Positions 1 to 10,022 of a stretch of DNA of 64,000 bases are shown in pieces. The stretch is from Candidatus Multivorans sp. (GTDB taxonomy: Bacteria; Acidobacteriota; Thermoanaerobaculia; Multivoradales; Multivoraceae), in assembly GCA_965224025.1 (NCBI GenBank), contig OZ245033.1, positions 3,168,001 through 3,232,000 on the forward strand, given 5' to 3'. Within the stretch, counting starts at the first letter, position 1, and every line of letters begins with the position of its first letter. The translations under genes and the position numbers were made by a program. Under the pieces are notes generated by a model. It made no database searches and had not been told where the DNA came from. It worked only from the letters and a program-made list of their open reading frames with translations.

Positions 1-29
1 GACCAGGCTGGTCGAGGAGATGGGCTGAG

Positions 30-788
30 ATGGCCGCGACACAGTTCAGGATCTGGCGTCAGGACGGCGCCGAAGGCGAGGGCGGCTACCGGGACTACGC
101 GACCGAGGTCACCGAAGGCATGGTCGTCCTGGACGCCGTCCACCAGATCCAGGCCGAGTCGACGAACGATCTCGCCGTGCGCTGGAACTGCAAGGCCGGC
201 AAGTGCGGATCCTGCTCCGCGGAAGTCAACGGCACGCCGCGGCTCATGTGCATGACGCGAATGAGCGACCTGCCGGCGGACCGCCCGGTCACGGTCGAAC
301 CGATGCGGGCGTTCCCCGTGATCCGCGATCTGGTCTGCGACGTGTCGTGGAACTACGAGGTCAAGAAGAAGGTCCAGCCGTTCGAGCCGCGGCCGCCTGA
401 CGCCGAGGACGGCACCTGGCGGATCTCGCAGGAGGATGTCGAGCGGGTTCAGGAGTTCCGCAAGTGCATCGAGTGCTTCCTGTGCCAGGACGTCTGCCAC
501 GTGCTCCGTGACCACCACCTGCACGACGAGTTCGTCGGCCCGCGCTTCTTCGTCTACAACGCGGCGCTCGAGATGCACCCGCTCGACACGGGGGACCGGT
601 TGTCGGCGCTCAAGCAGGACGAGGGGATCGGCTACTGCAACATCACCAAGTGCTGCACCAAGGTCTGCCCCGAGCACATCACGATCACCGACAACGCGAT
701 CATTCCGCTCAAGGAGCGGGTGGTGTCGGAGTTCTACGACCCGCTGAAGAAGCTCTTCCGGGTGTTTTCGGGCGGTTCCGCGGCGTAG
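30..788 (+). CDS. sdhB: Succinate dehydrogenase/fumarate reductase iron-sulfur subunit
   Basis: 2Fe-2S motif CKAGKCGSC...C, plus CIECFLCQDVC and CNITKCCTKVCP. Confidence 0.92.
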   Translation: MAATQFRIWRQDGAEGEGGYRDYATEVTEGMVVLDAVHQIQAESTNDLAVRWNCKAGKCGSCSAEVNGTPRLMCMTRMSDLPADRPVTVEPMRAFPVIRDLVCDVSWNYEVKKKVQPFEPRPPDAEDGTWRISQEDVERVQEFRKCIECFLCQDVCHVLRDHHLHDEFVGPRFFVYNAALEMHPLDTGDRLSALKQDEGIGYCNITKCCTKVCPEHITITDNAIIPLKERVVSEFYDPLKKLFRVFSGGSAA

Positions 789-819
789 GCGGCCGCCACT
801 CGAGGGCGGCTGGCCTGCC

Positions 820-2142
820 TTACAGTTGCTCGAGGGCCGCTCGCGCTACTTCCGCGTTCTCGTCGTTCGGCGCCATCTCGAGGAACCTGTTCAGGTGTTC
901 ACGGGCGGCGTTTGCGTCGCTCGCGTTCACCGAGAGCATGCCGAGTTCGTAGTGCGCCCTCGCCCGATCGTCTTCGTCTTCCGCCGCCGTCTCAAGGTAC
1001 TTGGTCAGGTGCTTCCTGGCCGGCCCGGAGTCGGCGCTGCGACGGTAGATCACCCCGAGCCGAAAGTGGGCGCGGGGGTGGTTGTCGTCCCAGGCGATGA
1101 GCGACTGATCGTAGAGCTTCGCGTTGCCGTAGACCTCTTGCTTGAAGAGCTGGTCGGCCTGGTGCTGCACCTGGGCGCCGGCGGTCGGATTCACCGCGAT
1201 CCAGGCCTTGCCGGCCTCGACCGAGTCCTCCAGTTGACCCTGCAGGGCAAAGCTGAAGAACCTCATCCGCATCGCTTCGGTGTTCCTCGGATCGAGTTCC
1301 AGGGTCTTCTCCAGTGCCTCCAGTGCCGGTTCCCAGTTCTGGTTGTTGAAGTGGATCGTGCCGATGTTGCGGTAAGCTTGGTAGAGCTTCGGGTTGAGCG
1401 AAGCCGCCTCGGTGAACAGTTCGACGGCGCGCTCGTCGTCGCTGTCACGAACTGCCTGGACTCCCTGCGAGAAGACGCCTGCCGCGATCTCCATGCCCAT
1501 GCCGGCGTCGATCGCCCGTTGCTTCGCGTCTTCGACCCGTGGATCGCCCGCGGCGAGGAAGATGTCGAACGCCATGCCGACGAACTCCGGCGGCAGTTCC
1601 TCGAACTCGAGGTACTTGTCCAGCGGCTCCAGCGCTTCCGCGGGCTTGCCCATCCCGTGCAGGATCGCGGCGATCGTGCGGTGGGCGGCGGCAAGGCTGG
1701 GATCGATCTCCACCGCCTTCTGGAACAGCTCCAAGGCACTCTCGGCGTCGCCCCCCTGAATCGCCCGGATGCCGTCGTTGAAGTTGTCGACGGCCTGCTG
1801 CTTGGTCATCGTTTCTTCGTCGTAGAGCGTGGCGGCAAACGAACGATCGGGGCCTCCTTCGTTGAGGAGGAACTCATGCTCCTGGTCCGGGTAGCCCTCC
1901 ATCCGCAACACCACCTTCCACGGTTCTTCCGACGTCGTCAGCCGGATCCTGAGCTTGCCGTTCTTCTTGGTGGCCGCTTCGATCACCTCGCCCTCGGGCG
2001 ACGTGAAGGTGAGACTCACCGGCCCCACTTCGGCACCGTTCATGTCGACGATCTGCACATTCAGCTCGCTGCGCTGGGCGGCCGCGGCAGAGGCGAGGAG
2101 GAGAAGAGCGAGGGGAAGAAGTCGAAGGGCGAGTTTCTGCAT
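820..2142 (-). CDS. Secreted tetratricopeptide-repeat protein with N-terminal beta-sandwich domain
   Basis: Signal peptide MQKLALRLLPLALLLLASAAAA; multiple TPR units (ALELFQKAVEIDP, ALEKTLELDP); start taken at ATG 2142. Confidence 0.8.
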   Translation of the reverse strand: MQKLALRLLPLALLLLASAAAAQRSELNVQIVDMNGAEVGPVSLTFTSPEGEVIEAATKKNGKLRIRLTTSEEPWKVVLRMEGYPDQEHEFLLNEGGPDRSFAATLYDEETMTKQQAVDNFNDGIRAIQGGDAESALELFQKAVEIDPSLAAAHRTIAAILHGMGKPAEALEPLDKYLEFEELPPEFVGMAFDIFLAAGDPRVEDAKQRAIDAGMGMEIAAGVFSQGVQAVRDSDDERAVELFTEAASLNPKLYQAYRNIGTIHFNNQNWEPALEALEKTLELDPRNTEAMRMRFFSFALQGQLEDSVEAGKAWIAVNPTAGAQVQHQADQLFKQEVYGNAKLYDQSLIAWDDNHPRAHFRLGVIYRRSADSGPARKHLTKYLETAAEDEDDRARAHYELGMLSVNASDANAAREHLNRFLEMAPNDENAEVARAALEQL

Positions 2143-2264
2143 GGTCTGGGTCCTCAAGGTCGGCCGCCGCACCCGCGGGCCGGCGCTTCACCGGGGAAGA
2201 GTGGAGGGATTCCGCCGATTCTAGCGCTTGACGCAGCCTTCGCGAGTGGGGGATCGCACGACCC

Positions 2265-2945
2265 ATGGACGCCGACGACTTTTTCGAACTGCTCTCCACT
2301 GCCCGATCGGTTCGCCGCTACAGCCCGGAACCGATGCCCGACGAGGATCTGGCGAAGATCCTTTACGCCGCGAGCCGGGCGCCGTCCGGTACGAACCGCC
2401 AGCCTTTTCGCTTCATCGTCCTGCGTGACGGGCCGCGCGCCCGGCGCGCCCGCCGCCTGCTCGGGGAGTCCTTCCGCCGCGGCTGGGCTCGCAAGACGGC
2501 GGAGGAAGGCTGGAACACGGGCTCGGCCGCCGATCCGAACTCGCCGAAGTCGCGGGTGAACCGCGCGATCCAGCACTACGTGGACCACTTCGAGCGGATC
2601 CCGGCGGTCATCATCGCCTGTTACGTCCGCTACCGGCCGTTGACCCACTCCGAGGGCGCGTCCGTCTTCCCGGCCTGCCAGAACCTGTTCCTCATGGCGC
2701 GGGCCTTGGGCTACGGCGCCTGCTACAGCGGCTGGCACCACGCCGTCGCGGACGAACTGCGGGAGATCCTGGAGATTCCGGAGAACGTCGAGCTGTCGCT
2801 GACGATCACGATCGGCAGGCCCCTGGGGCGCCACGGACCGCTGCGCCGAAGGCCGATCCGCGACACGGTCTTCGACGATTGCTGGGAACAGGGTGCCGAG
2901 TGGATCAGCGATCCGCCGGATGCCCGGTTGTCGAAACGGCGCTAG
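2265..2945 (+). CDS. Nitroreductase family protein
   Basis: RSVRRY, APSGTNRQPFRFIV and QNLFLMARALGYG motifs. Confidence 0.9.
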   Translation: MDADDFFELLSTARSVRRYSPEPMPDEDLAKILYAASRAPSGTNRQPFRFIVLRDGPRARRARRLLGESFRRGWARKTAEEGWNTGSAADPNSPKSRVNRAIQHYVDHFERIPAVIIACYVRYRPLTHSEGASVFPACQNLFLMARALGYGACYSGWHHAVADELREILEIPENVELSLTITIGRPLGRHGPLRRRPIRDTVFDDCWEQGAEWISDPPDARLSKRR

Positions 2946-4929
2946 GGCCCTGGCCGGCCGGCAGGGCGTAGGCCACCAGGGAGTGTTCCTGGCCGCGGTT
3001 GCCGACCGGTACGACGATGAACTGGCGCCCCCCGACGGTGTAGGTCATCGGGCCGCCGCCCGGAGTGTCGGGCAGTTCGGTCCGCCAGACCTCTTCGCCC
3101 GTCCCTTTGTCGAATGCGTAGAGGAAGCCGGTCGACGGGCCGCGGGACGCGAAGCCGCCGGGCCCTTCCTGGTAGGTGCCTCGCACTTGCTCACTGGTGA
3201 CGACGAAAACAAGCGTGGCGGTCGCCATCGGCCAGCCCGGCGTAAGACCGGCGAGCGGCCAGGCGCCGAGCGGGCCGAGGTCGAGGTCGGCCAGGGCCGG
3301 GTGGTCGCGCGGACCGTCGCCGACCGGGGTCTGCCACAGGATCTCACCGCGATTCAGATCGATCGCGGTCAGCCGGCTCCAGGGCGGCTTGACGAGCGGC
3401 AGACCCTTGGGCCCGGCGGGGAACGTGAACGCGGGCAGGTAGTCGCGGTCGGAGGGCTGACGCGTGGTCGGCGCGGTGAGCCCCATCGTGCCGAGCCGGG
3501 TCTGCGAGGGCACGAACAGGACGCCGCTGTTCGGATCGACGGCGGCGCCGCCCCAGTTCGCGCCGCCGGCCTGACCGGGCAACTGCGCCATCGCCGCCTT
3601 GCCGTTGTTGCCGGCCACGATCGGCGGCGTGAACAGCGGGCCTCCGAGGAGGGTCTCACGGTAGATCTCGACCGCCTTGGCGTTGAGTTCGGGCGTGAAG
3701 TCGATCAGGTCGCTCTCGCGCACCCCCTGGCGGTCGAAGGGCGGCGGCTTGGTGGGGAAGGGCTGCATGCTCGCGGTCCATTCCCCGGGAACCAGGCTCT
3801 CGGGGACCTTGCGCTCCTCGATCGGCCACACCGGCTTGCCGGTCTTGCGGTCGAAAACGTAGGTGAAGGCCTGCTTGCTGACCTGCGCCACCGCCTCGAT
3901 GCGCTTCCCGTCGACCTCGATGTCGAGCAGGATCGGCGCGCATGGGAAGTCGTAGTCCCACAGGCCGTGCCGCACCGCCTGGAAGTGCCATTTCTTCTCG
4001 CCGGTCGCGGTATCGATCGCGACCAGACTCTCGGCGTAGAGGTTGTCGCCGTGGCGGTGGCCGCCGTAGTAGTCGCTGGTCGGCGTGCCGGTGCCGAAGT
4101 AGACCCAGCCCGTCTCGTCGTCGCAGCTCATCCAGGACCACACGTTCGTGTTGCCCGAGTAGCGCCAGGACTCGTCGTGCCAGGTCTCGGCTCCGGGCTC
4201 GTCGCCCTGGGGCACGGTATGGAAGACCCATTTCTTCTCTCCGGTGCGGATGTCGTAGCCGCGAATATGGCCGGCCGGCATCTCCTGGGTCAGGGAGAAG
4301 TCCATGATCGTCATGCCCATGAGAATCGTGTCGCCGCAGACGATGCCGGGCGAGTTCGCGCCGGTGTGGCGCATTTGGTCCGGCCGGCCGATGTCGCCGC
4401 GCATGTCGACCATCCCGGCTTCGCCGAACTCGAGGTCGGGCTTGCCGGTCTTCGCGTCGAGGGAGACGAGCTGGTGGGTGCCGGTGACCAGCACGATCCG
4501 CTGCATGCCGCGGTGCTCCCAGAACTCGATGCCGCGCTGGGTGAAGCCGCCGTGGGTCGGGATGCCGCGCTCGTAGGCCAGCGGGTCGTAGGTCCAGAGC
4601 TCCTCGCCGGTCGCGGGGTTGACCGCGCTCACCAGGTTCATCGCCGAGACGGCGTACAGCGTGTCGTTCACCATGAGCGGCGTGCCCTTGAGGTCCCCGG
4701 CAAGGGTCTGCGCTTCGACCCGGCTGTCCGGTGTGGCCCAGCGCCAGGCGACCTCGAGTTCCGACACGTTCGAGGCGTCGACCTGAGCCGCCGGCGAGTA
4801 CTTCGTGCTGGCGCGATCAGCGGCGTAGTGGCGCCATTCGACCGTCTCCTGCGCGGAGGCGGCGGAGGAGGCGAGCAGACCCACCGTGAGGCTCAGGGCG
4901 AACCGCGTAGTCGAGTTGCGATGGGTCAT
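2905..4929 (-). CDS. PQQ-dependent (quinoprotein glucose-type) dehydrogenase, periplasmic
   Basis: Signal peptide; PQQ beta-propeller repeats (TGEKKW); HGLWDYD; GGANWGG; PMTY...GRQFIVV. Confidence 0.9.
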   Translation of the reverse strand: MTHRNSTTRFALSLTVGLLASSAASAQETVEWRHYAADRASTKYSPAAQVDASNVSELEVAWRWATPDSRVEAQTLAGDLKGTPLMVNDTLYAVSAMNLVSAVNPATGEELWTYDPLAYERGIPTHGGFTQRGIEFWEHRGMQRIVLVTGTHQLVSLDAKTGKPDLEFGEAGMVDMRGDIGRPDQMRHTGANSPGIVCGDTILMGMTIMDFSLTQEMPAGHIRGYDIRTGEKKWVFHTVPQGDEPGAETWHDESWRYSGNTNVWSWMSCDDETGWVYFGTGTPTSDYYGGHRHGDNLYAESLVAIDTATGEKKWHFQAVRHGLWDYDFPCAPILLDIEVDGKRIEAVAQVSKQAFTYVFDRKTGKPVWPIEERKVPESLVPGEWTASMQPFPTKPPPFDRQGVRESDLIDFTPELNAKAVEIYRETLLGGPLFTPPIVAGNNGKAAMAQLPGQAGGANWGGAAVDPNSGVLFVPSQTRLGTMGLTAPTTRQPSDRDYLPAFTFPAGPKGLPLVKPPWSRLTAIDLNRGEILWQTPVGDGPRDHPALADLDLGPLGAWPLAGLTPGWPMATATLVFVVTSEQVRGTYQEGPGGFASRGPSTGFLYAFDKGTGEEVWRTELPDTPGGGPMTYTVGGRQFIVVPVGNRGQEHSLVAYALPAGQGPSAVSTTGHPADR

Positions 4930-4978
4930 GCTGGTGTCCCTCTCGGGTGTAGGTCGCGTCGCGTTCCGGCGCCGTTGG

Positions 4979-5020
4979 ATCGGCGCCCCTTGTCAGCGTC
5001 CCTTGATCAGCGTCCCTTGA
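4979..5020. repeat. 14-bp tandem repeat (2 exact copies plus 1 degenerate) duplicating the end of the enoyl-CoA hydratase gene
   Basis: tcagcgtcccttga at 4993-5006 and 5007-5020, preceded by atcggcgccccttg. Confidence 0.7.
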
Positions 5021-5804
5021 ATTGGGCGGGCCGCTTCTCGAGGAAGGCGAGGACTCCCTCGCGGGAGTCTTCCGTAGCGCCGGCTTCCGCCTGCAGCCTC
5101 GCCTCCAGGTCGAGTTGCTGCTCGTACACGTTCTGCCAGGTAGCCCAATAGGCCTTCCGGATCATCGCCAGGGAGCGCGGGCCGTCGGCGAGGCGATGGG
5201 CCAGCTCGGTGGCTCCCTCCATCAGGGACTCCTGGTCGTCGTACAGGCGGTTGATCAGGCCCCATTCGAACGCCTTGTCGGCCGGCAGACGTTCCGCGAG
5301 CATCGAGAGTTCCACAGCGCGGCCCCAGCCGATCAGGCGCGGCAGCATGAAGGTCGCGCCGCCGTCGGGCACCAGGCCGATGCGCGCGAACGCCTGCAGG
5401 AAGAAGGCCTGCTTCGAGGCGCAGACCAGGTCGCCGATCAGGGCGAAGCTCATGCCGACGCCCGCCGCGGCCCCGTGCACTGCCGTCACGATCGGCAGGT
5501 CCAGGTCGCGTAGCGACAGCAGCAGGGGGTGGTAGTTGTTGCGCAGGTTCTCGCGGGCCGTCAGGTTCACGCTCCCCTCTTCCTGGTTGCCGCGGCCGGA
5601 GAGGTTGGCCCCGGAACAGAAGGCACGGCCCGCTCCGGTAAGCAGGAGGGCGCGCACGCCGCTCTTTGGATCGCGGATGCGCAGCACCGCGTCGCCCAGT
5701 TCGCCGACCATCGTGGCGTCCGTCGCGTTCAGCACCTCCGGGTGGTTCAGCTTGATGACGGCGAGATCCCCGTCCCGTTCGAGCAGGATCCGTTCGTAGT
5801 TCAT
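5007..5804 (-). CDS. Enoyl-CoA hydratase/isomerase (PaaG-like)
   Basis: GRAFCSGANL, AAGVG, GLVPDGG and EGVLAFLEKRP crotonase motifs. Confidence 0.9.
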   Translation of the reverse strand: MNYERILLERDGDLAVIKLNHPEVLNATDATMVGELGDAVLRIRDPKSGVRALLLTGAGRAFCSGANLSGRGNQEEGSVNLTARENLRNNYHPLLLSLRDLDLPIVTAVHGAAAGVGMSFALIGDLVCASKQAFFLQAFARIGLVPDGGATFMLPRLIGWGRAVELSMLAERLPADKAFEWGLINRLYDDQESLMEGATELAHRLADGPRSLAMIRKAYWATWQNVYEQQLDLEARLQAEAGATEDSREGVLAFLEKRPAQFKGR

Positions 5805-5811
5805 TGCTCCT

Positions 5812-6234
5812 TCATTCCTCCGGGTACTTCTCCCTCATCGCGTCGAGGGCGCTCCCGATCAGCTCTTCGAGCACGCCGATATCGATGTCGGCCAGCTTGT
5901 TGATGTAGAGGCAGGACTTGCCGGTCCGGTGCTTGCCAAGTCGGGAGAGGAGCTCGTCATAGTTCGAGAACCCGGGCATGACATAGACGGTCAAGCTCTG
6001 TTTGCGAGGCGAGAAACCGATGCGCGGCCACTCGCCGGAGCGGCCGCTCGCGTAGCGGTAGCGGTAGGTGCCGAAACCGACAATCGCGGCGCCCCACATC
6101 CGGGGCTCTTCGCCGGTGATCCGCTTCATCAACTCAAGCACGGTGAAGCTGTCCTCGCGCCGCCGCTCGTTGCCGACCGAGCCCAGGAACACCTCGACAT
6201 CGGCGTCGTTCTGCTTCGTCTTCAGTTCGCTCAC
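5812..6234 (-). CDS. DUF1801 (YdhG-like) protein
   Basis: C-terminal part of ORF 5812..7125 (MWGAAIVGFG, GFSPRK, GKSCLYI); GTG start at 6234. Confidence 0.85.
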   Translation of the reverse strand: MSELKTKQNDADVEVFLGSVGNERRREDSFTVLELMKRITGEEPRMWGAAIVGFGTYRYRYASGRSGEWPRIGFSPRKQSLTVYVMPGFSNYDELLSRLGKHRTGKSCLYINKLADIDIGVLEELIGSALDAMREKYPEE

Positions 6235-6426
6235 AAGCGACCCTCGATCGGGGCAAGAAATCACCGCCCTGCGGAAGGAAGCGGCTACCGTAGCAGACGG
6301 CCGGATGCAGCCGGAGTGCGCCGCAGACTGCGGGGTGTGCCAACCGAGCGCTCGATGACTCGCGCACGGAGTGTTTCGCGGGTGGCGCCCGTCGCGCCAC
6401 CCGGGTTCGCTTATGCTCGACAGGTC

Positions 6427-7797
6427 GTGAGCGCGAACGGCCACTACTGCATCATGGGCATCGGCGATATGGGCTTCCATATTGCCGATGCGTTCGGACG
6501 CGAGGGCCGGAGCCTGACACTGATCGACGTCGATCCGGACAAGGGGCAGCGGATCGAGGAGGAGCTGGACGCGGCCTTCGTGGTCGGCAACGGCGCCCAC
6601 CAGGCGGTGCTCGAGCGGGCGCACGTCGATGCCGCTGACCTCTTTATCGCCGCTTCTTCGTCGGAAGAGGCGAACCTGGTGGCGTCCGTCATCGCCCGCA
6701 ACCTGGGCGCCAAGCGCTGCGTGGTGCGGCTCGACACCTCCGAGGATCTGACCGTCTACCGCCGCTCCTACGAGCGGTTGTTCGGCGCCGACCTCCTGCT
6801 GTCGCCCCAGAGTCTGGCCACCAACGCGATCCTGAACGTCGTGCTCGGCCACCACACCTACGAAGTCGACTACCTGGCCAAGGGGCGTTTCGAGTTGCGC
6901 ACGATCCAGGTGCAGGCGAACAGCGCCGTCGCCAGCCGGCCGCTCCGGGAGCTGCCTCTTCCCGAGGGCGCCCGGATCGTCGGCTACTTCGACGAGGAGC
7001 ACGAGTTGTCGATCCCGGGGCCGGACCTGCGGGCCGCGCCGGGTGGACTGGCGATGGTCCTGTGCCGCACGCAGTCCACACACGACGTGGAGGAGTTGTT
7101 CGCGTCCCGCGTCGAACATCCCCACACCGTGGCCGTTGCTGGCGGCAGTTCGGCCGCGGTCGCGCTGGTCAAGGCGTTACGGAGCGAAGTCAAGCGGCTG
7201 CGCTGGATCGAGCGCGACCGGCGGCGTGCCGAGTTCCTGGCGCAGTCGTTTCCCGATGTCGAGGTGCTGCACGGCGACCCGATCGACGCCGCGACCATGG
7301 AGAGCGAGGGACTCGGCCGAGCCGACGTTCTGATCGCAGCCACCAGCCACGACGACAGCAACGTGGTGGCGGGGCTGATCGCCCAGGAGTTGGGCGTGCG
7401 GCAGGTGGTCGCTCTGATCCACTACACGACGAGCCGGCTCTGGCAGCGGGTCGGCGAAGTCGAGCTCGTGTCGCCGCACTCCCTGGCGATCGACCATGTG
7501 CGCAACTTCGTCGCCAACGGCTACAAGGCGAACCTGGTCAACCTGGCCGACGGCGCCTTGCAGGTGGTTCAGCGCGTGATCCACGAGGCCAGCCCGGCGG
7601 CCGGCGCCACGCTTGCCGACCTTCAGGCGCCCAGCGGCCTGATCGTGGGCGCCGTGGTGCGAGGCGACCGGGTGTTCATGCCCGAGCGCAGCAACATGCT
7701 GCGCGCGAACGATCAGGTCATCCTGTTCGTGCACCGCTCGCAGACCCAGATGGCCCGGCTCCTGTTCCCGGGCAGCGAAAGCGAAGTCGCCAGCTAG
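6427..7797 (+). CDS. trkA: Trk potassium uptake regulatory subunit (two RCK_N/RCK_C pairs)
   Basis: IMGIGDMG Rossmann motif; duplicated RCK architecture; ~456 aa from GTG 6427. Confidence 0.85.
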   Translation: MSANGHYCIMGIGDMGFHIADAFGREGRSLTLIDVDPDKGQRIEEELDAAFVVGNGAHQAVLERAHVDAADLFIAASSSEEANLVASVIARNLGAKRCVVRLDTSEDLTVYRRSYERLFGADLLLSPQSLATNAILNVVLGHHTYEVDYLAKGRFELRTIQVQANSAVASRPLRELPLPEGARIVGYFDEEHELSIPGPDLRAAPGGLAMVLCRTQSTHDVEELFASRVEHPHTVAVAGGSSAAVALVKALRSEVKRLRWIERDRRRAEFLAQSFPDVEVLHGDPIDAATMESEGLGRADVLIAATSHDDSNVVAGLIAQELGVRQVVALIHYTTSRLWQRVGEVELVSPHSLAIDHVRNFVANGYKANLVNLADGALQVVQRVIHEASPAAGATLADLQAPSGLIVGAVVRGDRVFMPERSNMLRANDQVILFVHRSQTQMARLLFPGSESEVAS

Positions 7798-7856
7798 CCG
7801 GCTTCTTCGGAGGCACCAGTCCGCTCCTGCGGCCTCCGGTGCGGACTGTCGCGGGT

Positions 7857-8041
7857 CTGACGGTAGGCTGAAGAAGGCCAAGCTGGTGACCAGGAAGCGG
7901 GGGCGCGGGCAGGTGCTCGTGATTCGGGAGTACAGCGTCAACAGGAAGCACCAGTTGGTCCTCTTGACCCAGTTCCAAACCGTCGCCGGCGTGGGAACCT
8001 ACGCCTACAAGCTGGTCTACGACCGCAAGAAGGGCGCCTGA
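7857..8041 (+). pseudogene. Remnant paralogue of the 9423..9986 gene (upstream motif joined to C-terminal third)
   Basis: Translates KKAKLVTRKRGRGQVLVIREYSVNRKHQLV...KLVYDRKKGA*, matching the 9423 ORF C-terminus; ctgacggtaggct is shared with 9369-9381. Confidence 0.8.
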
Positions 8042-8062
8042 CGCCGTTCCGGCGCCGGCTCG

Positions 8063-9292
8063 TCAGTTCGAACCGGTCGGGATGTCGCTGAAGGGCCGGT
8101 CGCGGTCGACGCGGATCTCGCCGGGCAGGGTGAGGACGCGCTCGGCGATGATGTTGCGCAGGATCTCGTCCGTTCCGGCGGCGATCCGCATTCCGGGAGC
8201 CGCCAGGTAGGCGTGGTGGAACATGCCGCCTGATGGTGCGTCCTCGCGGCCGCTGACGGAACCGGCCACATCAAGCAGGTCGGCCGCGAACGAGGCGATG
8301 TCCTGCCGGGCGCTGGCGGTGATCACCTTGCAGATCGAGTTCTCGGGTCCCGGCTGCTTGCCCTGGGAGATGGCGGTCAGAGTGCGCAGGAAGGTCAGCT
8401 CGACGCCGCGGCACTGCACGTACCAGTCGGCGATCCGGTCGCGCACGGCGCTCTGCGCCGCAACGGGTTCACCGTCGATCTCGAGTTCAGAGGCGATGCG
8501 CAGGGCGTCGCTCCAGTCGGGCGTCATCTGGTAGCGGCCGTGCCGTTCGTTCATCAGGGTGGTGATCGCCACCTGCCAGCCGTCGCCGACGTTCCCGAGA
8601 CGGTTGTGGTCGGGGACCCTGACGTTCTGCAGGAAGACCTCGTTGAATTCCGCGGTGCCGGGAATCTGCCGGATCGGCCGGGGCTCGATGCCGGCCGACT
8701 TCATGTCGACGACGAAGAAGGTCAGGCCCTTGTGCTTGGCCACGGTCGGGTCGTGGCGGGTGACCAGGATGCCCCAGTCGGCGAAGTGGGCGCCCGAGTT
8801 CCAGACCTTCTGGCCGTTGACGATCCACTCGTCGCCGTCCCGCTCGGCGCGGGTGCGAAGGCCGGCGAGGTCGGAACCCGCTCCCGGCTCGGAGAAGAGC
8901 TGGCACCAGACTTCCTCGCCGCTTGCCAGCTTGGGTAGGTAGCGGCGTTTCTGCTCCTCGGTGCCGTGCGCCATGATCGCCGGCGCGCAGGTGCCGTGGC
9001 CGATGTTGAGGTAGCCGTCGGGAACGTCGAACCTCGCCTGTTCCTGGTCCCAGATCACGCCCTCCATGAAAGTCGCGCCGCGGCCGCCGTGCTCCTTGGG
9101 CCAGGTGATGCAGGCCCAGCCGTCGTCGTACTTCTTCTGCTGCCACCCCTTGACGGCGGTCAGCCCCTCCTCTTCGGAGAGCCCGGCGTAGCGGGACGTG
9201 TCGCCGGGCGCCAGGGGTTCGGCGTTGGCTTCGAGCCACGCGCGCGCCTCGGCGCGGAAACTGGCCTCCTGCGGTGAGTCCTGAAAGTCCAT
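8063..9292 (-). CDS. Acyl-CoA dehydrogenase family protein
   Basis: WCQLFSEPGAGSDLA, NGQKVW and IAAGTDEILRNIIAER. Confidence 0.93.
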   Translation of the reverse strand: MDFQDSPQEASFRAEARAWLEANAEPLAPGDTSRYAGLSEEEGLTAVKGWQQKKYDDGWACITWPKEHGGRGATFMEGVIWDQEQARFDVPDGYLNIGHGTCAPAIMAHGTEEQKRRYLPKLASGEEVWCQLFSEPGAGSDLAGLRTRAERDGDEWIVNGQKVWNSGAHFADWGILVTRHDPTVAKHKGLTFFVVDMKSAGIEPRPIRQIPGTAEFNEVFLQNVRVPDHNRLGNVGDGWQVAITTLMNERHGRYQMTPDWSDALRIASELEIDGEPVAAQSAVRDRIADWYVQCRGVELTFLRTLTAISQGKQPGPENSICKVITASARQDIASFAADLLDVAGSVSGREDAPSGGMFHHAYLAAPGMRIAAGTDEILRNIIAERVLTLPGEIRVDRDRPFSDIPTGSN

Positions 9293-9422
9293 GGAATGTC
9301 TCCTGGGCAGCGGTGCGGTTGGTTCCGGGGAGTCGTGATTGTAGTCCAGCTTTTTACCGCCTGAGCGCCTGACGGTAGGCTAGGCCGAGGGCGATAGGGG
9401 AGGCTGAAGGAGAGGTGTCGCG

Positions 9423-9986
9423 ATGAGGGAGTTGCATTCGGTTCGTTCTTTGCTGGGGCCGGTGGTGCGATCGAGCGCAGTCCTGTCGCTGGCCGCGGTG
9501 ACGGCTGTCGCAGTGGCGCCGGTCGGGGCCGCCGCGCAGCGGGGAGGCGCTGAATCGGCGGATATGGGCGGAGAGTGGGTGTTGAACGAGGCCTTGAGCG
9601 ACGATCCGCAGGAGAGACTCTGGCGGTGGATACTGGACCACGCCGATAGCGGTGAAGTCGCACGCGACGGAGGCAACGTCGGCCCGGAGCGGCTCATGAT
9701 CGCCCTGGTCGACGAGGGAGTCCGGATCACCGTTTCGTCGGGCCGGTCCCGCTTGGTCCGGACTGACCGCATGTGGCGCCAGGGGAGCGCCGGCGGCGAG
9801 ACCCAGTCTTTCTGGAAGAAGGCGAAGCTGGTCACCAGGACCAGGGGCCGCGGGCAGGCGCCCACGATCCAGGAGTACCGCCTGAACAGGAAGGGGCAGT
9901 TGGTCGTCGTAAGCACGCTTCCGATGGTCGGCGACGCGCCCTCCATCGTCTTCAAGTGGGTCTATGACCGTGGGGGAGGCGTCTGA
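9423..9986 (+). CDS. Hypothetical secreted beta-rich protein
   Basis: RBS AAGGAGAGG upstream; signal-peptide-like N-terminus; GEWVLN..LSD motif; paralogous remnant at 7.9 kb. Confidence 0.65.
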   Translation: MRELHSVRSLLGPVVRSSAVLSLAAVTAVAVAPVGAAAQRGGAESADMGGEWVLNEALSDDPQERLWRWILDHADSGEVARDGGNVGPERLMIALVDEGVRITVSSGRSRLVRTDRMWRQGSAGGETQSFWKKAKLVTRTRGRGQAPTIQEYRLNRKGQLVVVSTLPMVGDAPSIVFKWVYDRGGGV

Positions 9987-10022
9987 ACCCGGCGCCGATC
10001 CTCAAGCCGTTCTCCCTGTGGT

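Noticed and set aside
1-28. 3' end of an upstream gene, probably sdhA
   Set aside because: Only ~9 codons are visible, too little to identify
826-5151. Long + strand ORFs 826..2559 and 2893..5151, and similar ones such as 11014..12819, 33024..34682, 44074..46044 and 53947..55356
   Set aside because: Antisense shadows of well-supported genes in high-GC DNA; no recognisable motifs
5929-6426. N-terminal extensions of the TrkA and DUF1801 ORFs in the track
   Set aside because: The two divergent ORFs would overlap each other; real starts are at about 6427 and 6234
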